DNA from: Chrysomallon squamiferum
Taxonomy: Eukaryota > Animalia > Mollusca
NCBI GenBank assembly: GCA_012295275.1
Contig: CM022678.1
Span: 8,618,001-8,682,000 of the forward strand
Reading direction: 5' to 3'
DNA: 64,000 bases
The notes under the pieces were generated by a model that searched no databases, had not been told where the DNA came from, and saw only the letters and a program-made list of their open reading frames with translations. A program made the position numbers and the translations under genes. Each line of letters opens with the position of its first letter. The first letter of the stretch is position 1. Of this stretch, positions 1-12,837 are shown piece after piece.

Positions 1-1041
1 TTATTGAGTTATGCAGATATTTCTGTTCCTGTTAACATTCTGTTGATGACATGACAGTGTTATTGTTGTTAACATTCTGTTGATACAAAATGTGTCTGAC
101 AGTTATTGATTATGCAGATATTTCTGATTCCATTCTGTTGATACAACTCCCCATCTGACAGTTATTGAGTTATGCAGATATTTCTATTCCTGTTAACATT
201 CTGTTGATACAACTCCCATCTGACAGTTATTGAGTTATGCAGATATTTCTGTTCCTGTTAACATTCTGTTAAAAAAACATTCAGATATTTCTATTCCTGT
301 TAACATTCTGTTGATACAACCCCCATCTGACAGTTATTGAGTTATGCAGATATTTCTGTTCCTGTTAACATTCTGTTGATACAACTCCCCATCTGACAGT
401 TATTGAGTTATGCAGATATTTCTGTTCCTGTTAACATTCTGTTGATACAACTCCCATCTGACAGTTATTGAGTTATGCAGATATTTCTGTTCCTGTTAAC
501 ATTCTGTTGATACAACTCCCATCTGACAGTTATTGAGTTATGCAGATATTTCTGTTCCTGTTAACATTCTGTTGATACAACTCCCATCTGACAGTTATTG
601 AGTTATGCAGATATTTCTGTTCCTGTTAACATTCTGTTGATACAACTCCCATCTGACAGTTATTGAGTTATGCAGATATTTCTGTTCCTGTTAACATTCT
701 GTTGATACAACTCCCATCTGACAGTTATTGAGTTATGCAGATATTTCTGTTCCTGTTAACATTCTGTTGATACAACTCCCATCTGACAGTTATTGAGTTA
801 TGCAGATATTTCTGTTCCTGTTAACATTCTGTTGATACAACTCCCATCTGACAGTTATTCAGTTATGCAGATATTTCTATTCCTGTTAACATTCTGTTGA
901 TACAACTCCCCATCTGACAGTTATTGAGTTATGCAGATATTTCTGTTCCTGTTAACATTCTGTTGATAAAACTCATCTGACAGTTATTGAGTTATGCAGA
1001 TATTTCTGTTCCTGTTAACATTCTGTTGATACAACTCCCAT
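1..1041. repeat. Minisatellite, 65-bp unit, roughly 15 copies, truncated by the window start
   Basis: Unit acagttattgagttatgcagatatttctgttcctgttaacattctgttgatacaactcccatctg recurs at 65-bp spacing (e.g. 461, 526). Confidence 0.95.
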
Positions 1042-1486
1042 GTCCCTAGATTGTGTGGCTGTAAAAATGTGTCTAATTAAAACCACTGAAAATTCAGACT
1101 AAACTTAACTATATGAATAGAGATTAGAGAAACTTTTTAGAAAAACATCAATGTATGTAAATAAAATTTTATTTTTATTATAATCGTTTTTACTGAAGCA
1201 TTTTTAAGTCTGACAAAAAAAAAAAAAAAAAAAATTATTACAAAGAAAATTTTCAGTGGCAACTCAAAAGTGAGTAATGCAATTTAATCCCCGATTTGAT
1301 TCATAAGATCTCATTTTCAGCATCAAGCACTGTCAGTTTTATAAAACAGATAATCTATTTCGTAAATGTGATTTTATCTTTAGATTTAAAAATAAAGTTG
1401 ATTGAACTAATTGTTTCAACCATATCAGTGAAAAGATTAAAAAATAGAAAATGTTTCATAAAAGAAATAAGAACAGCAGACTGAAC

Positions 1487-1632
1487 GTGATCTTTTTGTA
1501 TTTGTCATCTTTTTGTATTTGTCATCTTTTTGTGTTTGTCATCTTTTTGTGTTTGTCATCTTTTTGTATTTGTCATCTTTTTGTATTTGTCATCTTTTTG
1601 TGTTTGTCATCTTTTTGTGTTTGTTATCTTTT
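1487..1632. repeat. 17-bp tandem repeat (tttgtcatctttttgt[a/g]), about 8 copies
   Basis: Directly visible; explains the repetitive ORF 1451..1702. Confidence 0.9.
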
Positions 1633-4129
1633 CAAAGATGTATTTTTGATGATAAAAAAATTAAAAAATATCATCAGTAATTATTATTACCTTCTTTGTT
1701 GATGACACTCTTATTGTTGTTGCTGTTATTAATAATATTGCTTTTGTTTCTCATTTTTACAACTATTATTTTTTCTTTTGTTACTCATCATACTAAAGCA
1801 ATGTACAATCTGTATTTAATATATGTTCAAACTTCCACTTGACAGTTTAATGGTTTCTTCAGTGTTGTTGAAGAAATTGTTCTTACATTGTTGTATCTAC
1901 ATAGGTATGATAAATTGATCGGATAATACTGTAACATAGTCCAGAAAAAGCAGTGCAATGTTAAAGACTTAAATTAATGTTTTATTTCCATTTTCAGGTG
2001 AATGGTACCATGTAGCAGGACGTTAGGACTCATTTGGAACAGTCGCAGTGGAGGTGCACAAGAAGTTGGGATTTTACGGAGTTCTGTGGAAAACATCAGG
2101 TGAGAAATTAGGAGAATTCCAAGAGATATGTCAACAACTTTAATGATTCAGCAGTGTGGGGCTTGGATTGAACATGTTATTAATTACTAGAAAATACAAG
2201 ATAGTATGCAGACGTCCATGGGCTCTTTAGAAGCTGTATTGTAAATTAGGGGAAGTTCCGTTAGTTTATAAACTAACAAACACTGGGATTAACAAACTCA
2301 AAATTGGCATTTAATGTTGCAAAGTAAATTCAGAAAGGTATAACATTTGTTTATTCTGATGATATACATTTTTTTTTTCAAGAAATTTGGATGAAATGCA
2401 TAAGAAATGTCCAGACATTATAGATATCCAATATAATTCAAAAATAATTAAAGTTAAAAGTTCAGATGTGAGTGCAAATTAAAAAGACACAGATTAGAAG
2501 TTTAATATTTATTTTTATTAACTATCAACACATTTGAAAAGAATATTTTTCTCTAATTAAAAAAATAATAATGACACAAATATCATATTATTTAATTATG
2601 TGTCGAAAGGTTTAAAATATATTTATGTTACTGGTTATGAAAATATGTGTAAAAATTGTTGTTTTTGGTGTGTTTTTTTTTAAATTGTGCTTCTTTTAAT
2701 ACATTGTCTTGTCAATAGAGTAAGGAAATATTTATAATATGTAAAATTCTGATTATGTTTACTATTAAAACGCTCTTTATTTAGAGTTTTAAATTTTGTA
2801 AAAATGTAATTAATTTTATAACAACTTTTTTGATATTTTACAAGATTTGTGTTCAAAATGTATGTATTAGAACAAACAAAATTTAATTACAGTTGATTAC
2901 ATTATTAATGAAAATTTAAATGAGAGAATTAGGACATTAAGAAAAATATTGTTACATAAGCAGACTTAAAATATAGGTTTTCCCTTTTTTTTTTATATAT
3001 TATTTATCATTTTTGTCTTGTTAAAAGTTATTTCTGATTTATAAACCTGATACAAGAGTGTGTGTAATTTTTTATCATTACTGTGCAGTAGGTTTAATTT
3101 TTTTCTTTTATACTTTTTCTTTTGGTTTTTGTAATTTTGTTTTTATTTTTTTTTCCAATTTTTTATTTTATTCATTTTTAGATATTTACTAATGTCCTTA
3201 TTGAATAAATTTAAATATTTTTCTGTACTATGAGTTTATTTAAGATTTTTTTTTTTTTTTATTTAAGATTTTTTTTTTTTTAACTGAATTGTTTTAAAAT
3301 TGTATGTGTTTTCAGTGGTTTATTTATTATTGTTATTGTTGTTTTTGATTTTTTCAAATTTCACCTCATTATGTTAATTTAAATAATTGAACTTTTTAGC
3401 CTTGATTTAAAGCCACTGACAATTTTTTTTTTTTTTTTTTTTTTAAATTGGTCATCATAAAGTTTATTATGTAAAGTTTATTTATTTATGTATTTATTAA
3501 TAGCTTTTTTACTCTTTTTTTTTTTTTTTTTTTAAGTTTTTAAAAGTTTTCTTATCTTTGTAAATAGTTTTTGTTGCATTACTAACAATTTATTTCTGGC
3601 TTTTAATAATCTTCAAGATACAAATCTGTAATTTAAGATCTGAAGTTAAGGGTAGTTAAAATAACTGGCATAGAAGAAGCTGATATTTCCAGTTTTAGCA
3701 TGACCACACAAGAAGATGGTAGAAATTGGTGTCTGACGTAAACCTTTCAAATTTTGTATGACTTATAAATGTAATAAAGAGTTTGAAGTAGCTTTTGACT
3801 CAGTGTAATTGTGTGTGTTTGAGTGAGTGGGAAAAAAGCATCAATATATCTTATTTGAGATTTTGTCTTCTTCACTTTTTCCCATAATGAGATATTATTA
3901 CTATAATCATCAGTTACAGAGTAACTACATCACAAACATTGTCCTTGTTTGCTTGCACCTCCTCACAAGTCTGATACTCATCTGTCATATCAGTGTGAAA
4001 TGTTTAGTTATAGTATTGTTAAATGGCATTAACATTTTGAATTTGATTTTTAGTAGACAGACAGAAGGTTGTGATACTCTGTTTCAAATAGGAATAACTT
4101 TAAACGTGAAAGACGTTGATTTTTTTAAT

Positions 4130-5040
4130 CTGGATTTTAATTTTTATAGCACAATCTGGTTTTAACAACCAGTCTTGAAAACGAACGACTCAAATCTGAA
4201 ATTATGACAAATTTGCTCGACATGGCAGAAGTAAATATACCTGATACTGTGGATGTAAAAAAAGAAATATGAGAAAAAATTTCGAACTCTCCTCCGAAAC
4301 GAACCAGTTGACCAACGAGAAGTGATTTATGCAGAGACACCACTCACCATCGGGGAGATCCAGGTCACACGGATACAGCAGAAAATGGCAGACGCAGTTC
4401 CGGCAGTAATACACATACCTAGTATTTGTGTACCAAAAAACAACAAACTACTGAACTGAAAGTGTAGTGGAAACTAACAGTGCCAAGTGTCAGTGGAATT
4501 GAAAATGACATTCCTGGAAAAGAAAGACCGCACTCACTAGATCTCAGGTGAGAAACGAAGAGCTGTACAAAATAATGAAAGGCAATAACAGTAAATCAGA
4601 TACTGAAGATGAAACGAGAGAGTTACAGACTCATTGATGTTGACATTTTTAGCCGGAACATTTCGTCGCAGCTCGTTTGTTACGTTTATCTTGGTGGTGT
4701 GCAGCTGCTGGAACTAAAACGATAACGCTTGTATTTGAATTTGTATTTAATTATCAACAGTAAGTGTGATGGGCAGAGGTCCTGTCCTTCTTGTGACCAA
4801 ATTACTGTAGAAAATACGCACGCCATCGAGGTGGGGGTGTGCAGACTTGCAAATATTCACATCAATGAAACAGCGGAAGAGGCTGCATGTTCTGTACAGA
4901 AATCAAGTATGCAGGTGTACAATAACTAACACAGGGTCTTCTGGCAGTATGGAAGCCAAAACTGCAAGTGAAATGTTTTGCTGTTCTGTAAGTGTAACAC
5001 AATATAACATTCGCTAACATTTATTTATCATAGGGGAATT
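4130..5040 (+). mobile_element. Degenerate DNA-transposon transposase remnant (Mutator-like PF20700 / Kolobok-type)
   Basis: 4916-5038 translates CTITNTGSSGSMEAKTASEMFCCSVSVTQYNIR*HLFIIGE, matching the family motif C..N..GSSG.ME...A..MF.RS.....RY..FIGDGD. An upstream CPSC zinc motif lies at ~4780. The region is locally GC/CpG-richer and has stops and frameshifts. Termini not identified. Confidence 0.65.
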
Positions 5041-5735
5041 AATATTAAGGTGTGTACCTAGATAATGAAGTTAAACTTCAAGCATATATGTTTTCTGTTT
5101 CTACAATAACACATTTTGTTATCGGTGTAGAAACTTTCTGTAGTATTTTAATTGTTGATCTTAGGGACAGGTTTAAGGTTAGTTCCATTGCTGCTGTGAT
5201 AGTTGTTGCATTGATGGGAAACTTTGTGATTTCTATGAGCTTTTAGGAAACAGGGCTAGAAAATGTTTTTATTGCCACTCATTGAAGCAAAAACAAATCA
5301 TATTATATATAATCTTATCAACATTTTTTATAAATTGAATTGAATTTCTTTATTTCTAAATTCCAGCTTATAGACAAATGATACATATAACCATACATTT
5401 TTATCCTAATTATTATGTTTTTAAACCATCAACAGAATATGTTGCATTTAAATATCAAATACAGTTTTGTTTTTGTATACACACACATACACACACACAC
5501 ACACTACAGACTCTCAGTTTTTGTAATGCTAGACAGGGAGAATGTTTTATTGATAACAGCATCAGTTTATGGATTTTGACACACTGCAGTTTGTGTTAAT
5601 GAATTTATTTGTTTTTTTAACTATTATTTTTAAAATTATTTTAAATACATTTCTTAGTAATTCTTTGTGTTTTTCCAAAATATTTAAATTACCTGCTGAC
5701 TTATTGGATTTATTACTCTGTTATTTGCGTTTCAG

Positions 5736-7048
5736 AATGGATGACAATAAACCAGCTGAAAATGCAGAAAATGGTTGCAGTGAAAAGGTTAGTAAAGTTT
5801 TAATTATGTTTTGTATGGATGTAATGATACAGGAGAAACATGTATTTTCTTTCTTGGAGGGATAAAGACCAACAAGAAGTAAGTTTTATTGGTATAACAA
5901 ACTGTAAATGATAATTAGATTGACAATATCATACTGTTATCAAGAAACACATTTTTCTTTTCTTCTTTTTTCCTTAAATCTTTTCTGAATAGGCTGTGTT
6001 GGCAGTTTGTTGTCTAAAATGTTTTTGTTTTTTAATTTTTTATTTGTTTCCAGAAATAACACTGGGTGTTTGTTGTGGATTTGTTGTTTTTAGTTTTTTG
6101 TTTTTGTTATCATTAATATGCATTTTAACGGTTGAAGATTTATTTCTTTTTATATCACATTATTCTTAGATATTTAAAACTAAATCATTCAGAATATTAT
6201 TCTTAGATATTTAAAACTAAATCATTGAGAATATTGTTAACTGTTTAGATTTATAACAAACATACCTTCACTTTCTGTGTTGCCTTCACACACTGGAATT
6301 GCTGAGAATATTAACTAGCATTACACATTATATATTTATTTATTTTCACTCTCCTGTTTTCTTATCAACACTACAGCTGTTTTATGATTATATTTGAAGA
6401 TGATGAATCTAAGGATTAACAGAGAATATGTTTAAAAAACAACAAATATCTTTTCTAATATGTTAATGTTATCTTCAGTTTTTATCTGTGTATAATTAAT
6501 TTAAATATGTAATGTACTACAGGAAATTAGTAAATCAACATCAATAACTAAATTAAAATTATATATTAAAATCTTGGTTGATCAAATCATTTTATATAGG
6601 AATGTGATTTCATGTTTTGTTTTATTTTCTTTCTTTCCTAAAGGGTTATGAAACAACTGCTCCATTTGGAAAAGCTCTGGAGATGTCAAGGAGATACACA
6701 GAAGGTGAACAATCTTTAAATTTTAAAGTTCTTAGTAATCTGTATCTAAGAAAACATAGTAACAGAAATGATTATGATAATAATGCTGGTGATTATGTTA
6801 ATGTTAATATAATAATAATAACAATAAAAATAATAATAAATAAATATTATTATTATTATTAATAACTTTAATTTTTGTGTTAAGGCAAAAATGTATTTTT
6901 ATATCATGTTTTTGTTTTTGACACTCAATGTTGATCCTAATAATTAAGGAAATATATATTTTTTTATAAATAACTTAATTTTTTTTTAATAAACCTTAAC
7001 AGTTTTTAAGTAAAGTTGGGAATTACACAAACATAGCAAAACTTAACT

Positions 7049-7084
<36 letters not shown>

Positions 7085-7900
7085 CCTGAAATATATTTTC
7101 TTTGATTTTTATTTAGGAATTTGTTTTTATTTTTTCCTATGAGATATAATCCTATCACAATTTTTGGCTCATCATAAATAATTATTAGTAGCCAGGATGC
7201 CTGCCAAAAATGTCTGCTAGATCATTGTAGAAGTTCAAGATGAAAGCGGAAATAAAACAGAGAAATATTAGCTGGAAACAATTTTGAGTTTGTTAATTGT
7301 GGCTGATCCAGCTTCCCTTCCAAAACTGCTAAATAAGTAATCTTGATTTGCAAACTTAATTGTGCAAGCTGAAAATAAATCTCTTTCTGGTTTTGCAGGT
7401 GATTTTGAGAGAAAAATCCTGAAGATGACAAATTCATCTGATACAGTTACAAGCCAGACAGAGGAATTGAATAAAAGAGAAACATTTTCTGAAGTAAGTG
7501 GTCTGGATATATTTTATAATAATAAATAATAGTAATATGTTTAAATACATATGTACATATGAATGCAGGGCTTGAAGTGGCCAGTCACCAAATGCTACCA
7601 AAGTTCTGTTTGGGTGAATGGGATGTTAAAAAAAAGAATTGATTTTTCTTTCTCTTGATAAAGTATAATTTCAGTATCACGTATGTTGGTATATTTGCAT
7701 AAGTGACTCTTCGAAGCATATTTTTTTTTATCTTACTTCAAACGTTAATGATCAATACATGTTTTCCTACACTCAAAAGCTGAAACATGAATATTTTTTG
7801 TTTGGGCTACCAAAAACAAATTAGTGTCACTCAATTTATTTCAGATGAGTTTTGAGCCTTGTTTGTATGTTTGTATTTACTTACATACAGTGTCTTTGTG

Positions 7901-7986
<86 letters not shown>

Positions 7987-9316
7987 GTGAATCAAGGTGG
8001 TATTAAATGCTTTGTTTTGGTTACATGAGTCATCTGATTGTGTGTAATCTTGTCTGCACTGTGTACACTGAATCCCACTACACAGGTTTGAGCAAACACC
8101 TGATTAAAACATGTATAATTACATGTAACATGACATGATATCTTCAGTCCTAGTTTTCAGTTATGTGTATTTAAAACATATATAAATGTACACATGTAAC
8201 ATGACATGATATCTTCAGTCCTAGTTTTCAGTTATGTGTATTTAAATCATGTATAATTACATGTAACATGACATGATATCTTCAGTCCTAGTTTTCAGTT
8301 ATGTGTATTTAAATCATGTATAATTACATGTAACATGACATGATATCTTCAGTCCTAGTTTTCAGTTATGTGTATTTAAAACATGTATAATTACATGTAA
8401 CATGACATGATATCTTCAGTCCTAGTTTTCAGTTATGTGTATTTAAATCATGTATAATTACATGTAACATGACATGATATCTTCAGTCCTAGTTTTCAGT
8501 TATGTGTATTTAAATCATGTATAATTACATGTAACATGACATGATATCTTCAGTCCTAGTTTTCAGTTATGTGTATTTAAATCATGTATAATTACATGTA
8601 ACATGACATGATATCTTCAGTCCTAGTTTTCAGTTATGTGTATTTAAATCATGTATAATTACATGTAACATGACATGATATCTTCAGTCCTAGTTTTCAG
8701 TTATGTGTATTTAAATCATGTAGAGTTTTTTCAGGTGTGTGCATTTTATTTATACTGACTTTTTATATTATGCTAAGGTTTCTTTATTTCAGTCTGTGCA
8801 GACATTAGTTAAATTAGGAAACACCTTTTGAGTTCAGCAGTTCATGTTGCATCCATCATTTTCCTTAACTAGCAAAATGTCAGCAATATCCAGACTTGTT
8901 TCCCCATTGGGACAGCTGCCTCAAATGTATATTTTTATTTCAGTTCACCAACTTATCAGATGAAGAATTCAAAGTAAGTAAATTTCTATTCTGCTTTTAT
9001 TTATAATTTCACTTAAAGATGTGATTTGTTATTTTAAATTAATGATATCACAATTTATGTCATTGAAATCTTTCAATATGGTAAACAATACTTATGTGAA
9101 AAAAGACTATTTATTCAGTTAGCATAGTTTCTTTGTTTTGGACAGGGTGTATTCTTTTAGTTTTTATTAAATAGAGTAAAAATTCTTCTTTTTCCACTTT
9201 TATGTTTAACTTATTATACTAGACAATCTTCACTCAGTTTAGTTTATTATGAAAAGAGATCGGGGCCTGATGTTTTACTATTTAAAAAGTCATTTTGTAG
9301 ATACAAATGTTAAAAA

Positions 9317-9364
<48 letters not shown>

Positions 9365-9518
9365 CTCATGGCATATGCTTAGTCTTTCAGGGATTTTATG
9401 TTTCCTGTTTATGAAATGATGTCAAAACTAATAAAATGTCTGCTTATTATTTTATTAATATACTTTATTATTTTCAGAGTAATGTCACTTCAGTGTTTTT
9501 ATTACCTTTTACCTTTTG

Positions 9519-9559
<41 letters not shown>

Positions 9560-10506
9560 CGGTTTATTTTTGGTATTTTAAATAGACTAAGTTCCTTCAA
9601 GATGGACAAATTAACTCTAGAGCAGAGAAAAGAGATTCAAGAAAGGTCTTGGGACATTGCAGAAAAGAATGTGGACCAAGAACTACATGGCTTAAGGAAT
9701 GATGTTGAGGTGTGTGTGAAATCAGTTCATAAAGAAAAGCATATCTACATTAATTTTGTTGAAGGTGTTTCTGAATGAAAAATTCTACTTTAGCTTTAAT
9801 TATGTGAATCTAATTCATCTTTATTTTAGACATATTTGTTATCTCTTTAGATTATCTTTCAGTAAATAATTTGAATTGATAACTGCATCATTAGATCTCA
9901 TTAGAATACAAAACATAAGATTTAGAAAAGGTTATAGTTCAATTTTTAGTTTTCTATAATTATATTGATTCATGCTGTGTTAATTTATTGAATTGTCTTA
10001 TAACAAGGAAAGGTCAGTATTTAATGAATGACATTCAGATCTTTCATCATGTATTTATAGGAACTGAAGAAACCAATATACTAAACTGTGGATTTAAACA
10101 GTTTATTTTCAGAGGTTAAATCAGCTTGTTAAGGATAAAAATATTCAAGAAATTGTTGATAAATTCAAAGTCAAACTGACATTTTGGAACAAAGAGCAGC
10201 TCAAGTCTCCAGTAGAGTTGAAGTATTTGGTGCTGTCCAGCAGGTATTTAAATACATTAGTCATTGTAAACCTTTCCATTTTGCTTCATTTTTTGACAAA
10301 ATTCTATGCAAAATATTTTCTCCTATACTGAATTAAGCAGCCTACATGAAAATATAATACAATAAGGAATAATCATTAAGACAACTCATGAAATGACACA
10401 GCAATTATAAAAATAACAGATCACAGTCTGATTTTAAGTTCTTTTTACTTTTCTCTATCCTTTTATTTTATTTTATTTTATTTTTTATTTTATTTTATTT
10501 TTTATT

Positions 10507-10553
<47 letters not shown>

Positions 10554-10660
10554 TAAATATAAAAAGGAGTAATAACTAATAACCAGAGAATTCTACAAAT
10601 AAAAGTCAGGACAAATATATTGTGTGTTTTTACAGGAGATGAGACTCAGTTGTACAGTGA
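5736..10660 (+). pseudogene. IRAG/LRMP (Jaw1/MRVI1-domain) family gene, multi-exon, frameshifted
   Basis: AG/GT-bounded exons: 5736-5787 (MDDNKPAENAENGCSEK), 6644-6704, 7399-7493, 8944-8973 (FTNLSDEEFK), 9586-9709 (TKFL/SFKMDKLTLEQRKEIQERSWDIAEKNVDQEL), 10113-10243 (..LEQRAAQVSSRVEVFGAVQQ), and a truncated exon from 10636 (EMRLSC). The first four are phase-compatible. Matches the recalled LRMP coiled coil FLRLSLGFKCDWFTLEKRVKLEERSRDLAEENL...AARVASRAEMLGAINQESRVS. Exon 5 (124 nt) and exon 6 (131 nt) are frameshifted. Confidence 0.8.
8109..8722. repeat. Intronic minisatellite, 67-bp unit, about 9 copies
   Basis: catgtataattacatgtaacatgacatgatatcttcagtcctagttttcagttatgtgtatttaaat repeats at 67-bp spacing (ctag at 8221, 8288). 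Confidence 0.95.
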
Positions 10661-12837
10661 CAATGACTTTATTCTCATAAAGTGTAGATTACAGTACAGA
10701 GAAGAATGTATTTCAGCTATAAAATAACAAAATTAAAATGCAGATGTGTAGAAGGACATACTCTCACATATAGTTCTATTAACAAACATAACTTTTTAAT
10801 GCAAATATATTTTTACTGTTAAACAAATTATTACATGAAATTATATTTGAATGTCTCATATATTTATCTGGTTTACCTTTTCTAAACCTTGCAGTAGTTA
10901 CAAAAATCTGTTTTTGACTTTTTGGGAAGGTTCTTATATGCAGCACTAGGATTTAGTTGTCTGGCCTTGTGTTTTCCAGACACACTACACACCTGCTGTT
11001 TGATGTGGACTCTTTCCAACTCGTGAGGTCTGTAATCTTGGAGGTGTTTTTCTGTGTACAGATTCACTTTCACTGGTAACAGACAGAGATAATTGCCCAC
11101 AAGTTGATGTCAGAGTTTTTCAACAAACACGTGGAATGTAAACACTCTTTGCCCCTGGGGATTATGCGGCTGATAAGGTCACATGATTACGTATGCATTA
11201 TTCACAGCCCACGTAAAAAACTTCATAATAAGACGACGTCGCCAGTTGTAATGACGTCTGCTCTGATGCAGCTCAGTAAGTTGGTCATTTTTATGCATTG
11301 TAACTTTGGACAGCTGTTGGACATCCCACAGGAAGTCTTCTGTGCTCTTTACTATCATATCTTTGTACATGTACTGGGTGAGGGTGGGCTATAAATGCAG
11401 AAGTTACAAAATAAACGGGCTTTTTGTTGCACCAAACAATTGCTGCTACAATTACATTGAACAATAGTTCAAACTGCCTCATCTGATTTGAGTTTTTGAT
11501 TTGATCAGTTTTTTTGGATAAAGTTTGCGATTTGTAAGTGCAGTGCCCACTAGGCAGATTCCTCTGTTTTCCAGCAAAAACTCACACAAATATACACTAG
11601 TGTAGAGTCTGTCTGTAAACACACAGTAATGCTGGTCACGAAACGGTTCCAACATAAAAACAACAAGGTTTCCAGTCCACCAAGATTTTCAACAGTTTCA
11701 GCATCCTTCCTGTGACCTGCATATACTTCTGTATTTGAAATGTAGCCATTCTCAGTGTCAAACTAGGAAGGTTTTGATACTTGATCAGTTTATCTTTGTT
11801 ATACTGATTTATAGATAGGGAGTTTTGTTTTTATCAGAATCATTTCCTCATCAAGTGACAGATTGCTTCTTGGTGTATAATGCAACCTGAATTTTTCCAA
11901 CAAGTGATTGAACATGAGCCTTGACTTGTAAATCTTATCAGATTTGTCTAGCTCTGAGTCAATTTCATTTACACTGTGTAGCAAAGACCATATTGCTAAA
12001 AATCTATCTTTTGTAAAAATCTGTGCAAATCCAGATGTGATGGTCAAGACATTTTCCTTAGATCGCCAAAATTGTTCATAGCGGTCCTTGTGAATAAAGA
12101 TTTCCATTGCTACTCGACAGCCAAAAAATGTTTTTATCTCTGTCAGTGAACTGAACTATTTTGCATACTGATGTGAGGAGTTTTGCTTCTCCAACATGGT
12201 CTGCCTGCTATTAGTTTCAACAACAAAGAGCTGCCACAAATCATCTTTCCAGAATAAAGTCAAAAAGTCAGCAGGGCTGCTCTCATTATTGAGTGAATCT
12301 GGAATATTTCTGAGACTGGGGTGTTCTTTAGGATTGAATTGTTTTTCACGATACCCTCTCGTGTCACTTGTCCACTGACCTCTACCACGGCCACACACCC
12401 TACGATGGCCACACCCCCTACCATGGCCACACCCCTACCACGGCCACACCCACTAACAGGTTGTAAAACATCACCACCTGGGATGTGATTATCGACAGAA
12501 TCATTTTCATTTTCACCTTCATTTGCATTCGTGTTTTTATTATATGTATCATTGACAACATCATTGTCATCACTCAAAATCACTTTCAAAATCACTATTA
12601 TTTGCACATTCCAACACTTCATTCTCATCCTCAGAATCTGACATTATCATTCGTAATGACTGCTTGGTTGTCACTTTCTTACCACTCATGTTTATGGCAA
12701 AAAATACTCAAAAAACTGCAATCGTTTGCCAAAAAAAATTATTGAAGCTTCCTGTGGGAAGTATGACAAAGTATACAAGCGGGTGTATATACTGTATACT
12801 CAGCCAGAAAACTGACCTGACGGCTTCAAAGGGTTAA
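10660..12837 (-). mobile_element. Defective piggyBac transposon (PGBD4-like DDE_Tnp_1_7 transposase), one terminal repeat retained
   Basis: The minus strand begins TTAA-CCCTTTGAAGCCG (12837 downward), a typical piggyBac end plus target site. ATG at 12689 with acidic N-terminus MSGKKVTTKQSLRMIMSDSEDENE. Motifs DRFLAIWSLLH, NLSLDEEM (first catalytic D), HYCVFTDRLYTS (second D), GTALTNRK, VNNAYVI and Cys-rich C-terminus FCNYCKV. Many frameshifts; second TIR not found. Confidence 0.92.

Noticed and set aside
1991-2030. Lipocalin/LamG-like FSGEWYHVAG motif
   Set aside because: It overlaps a splice acceptor, is followed immediately by a stop, and is too short to assign.
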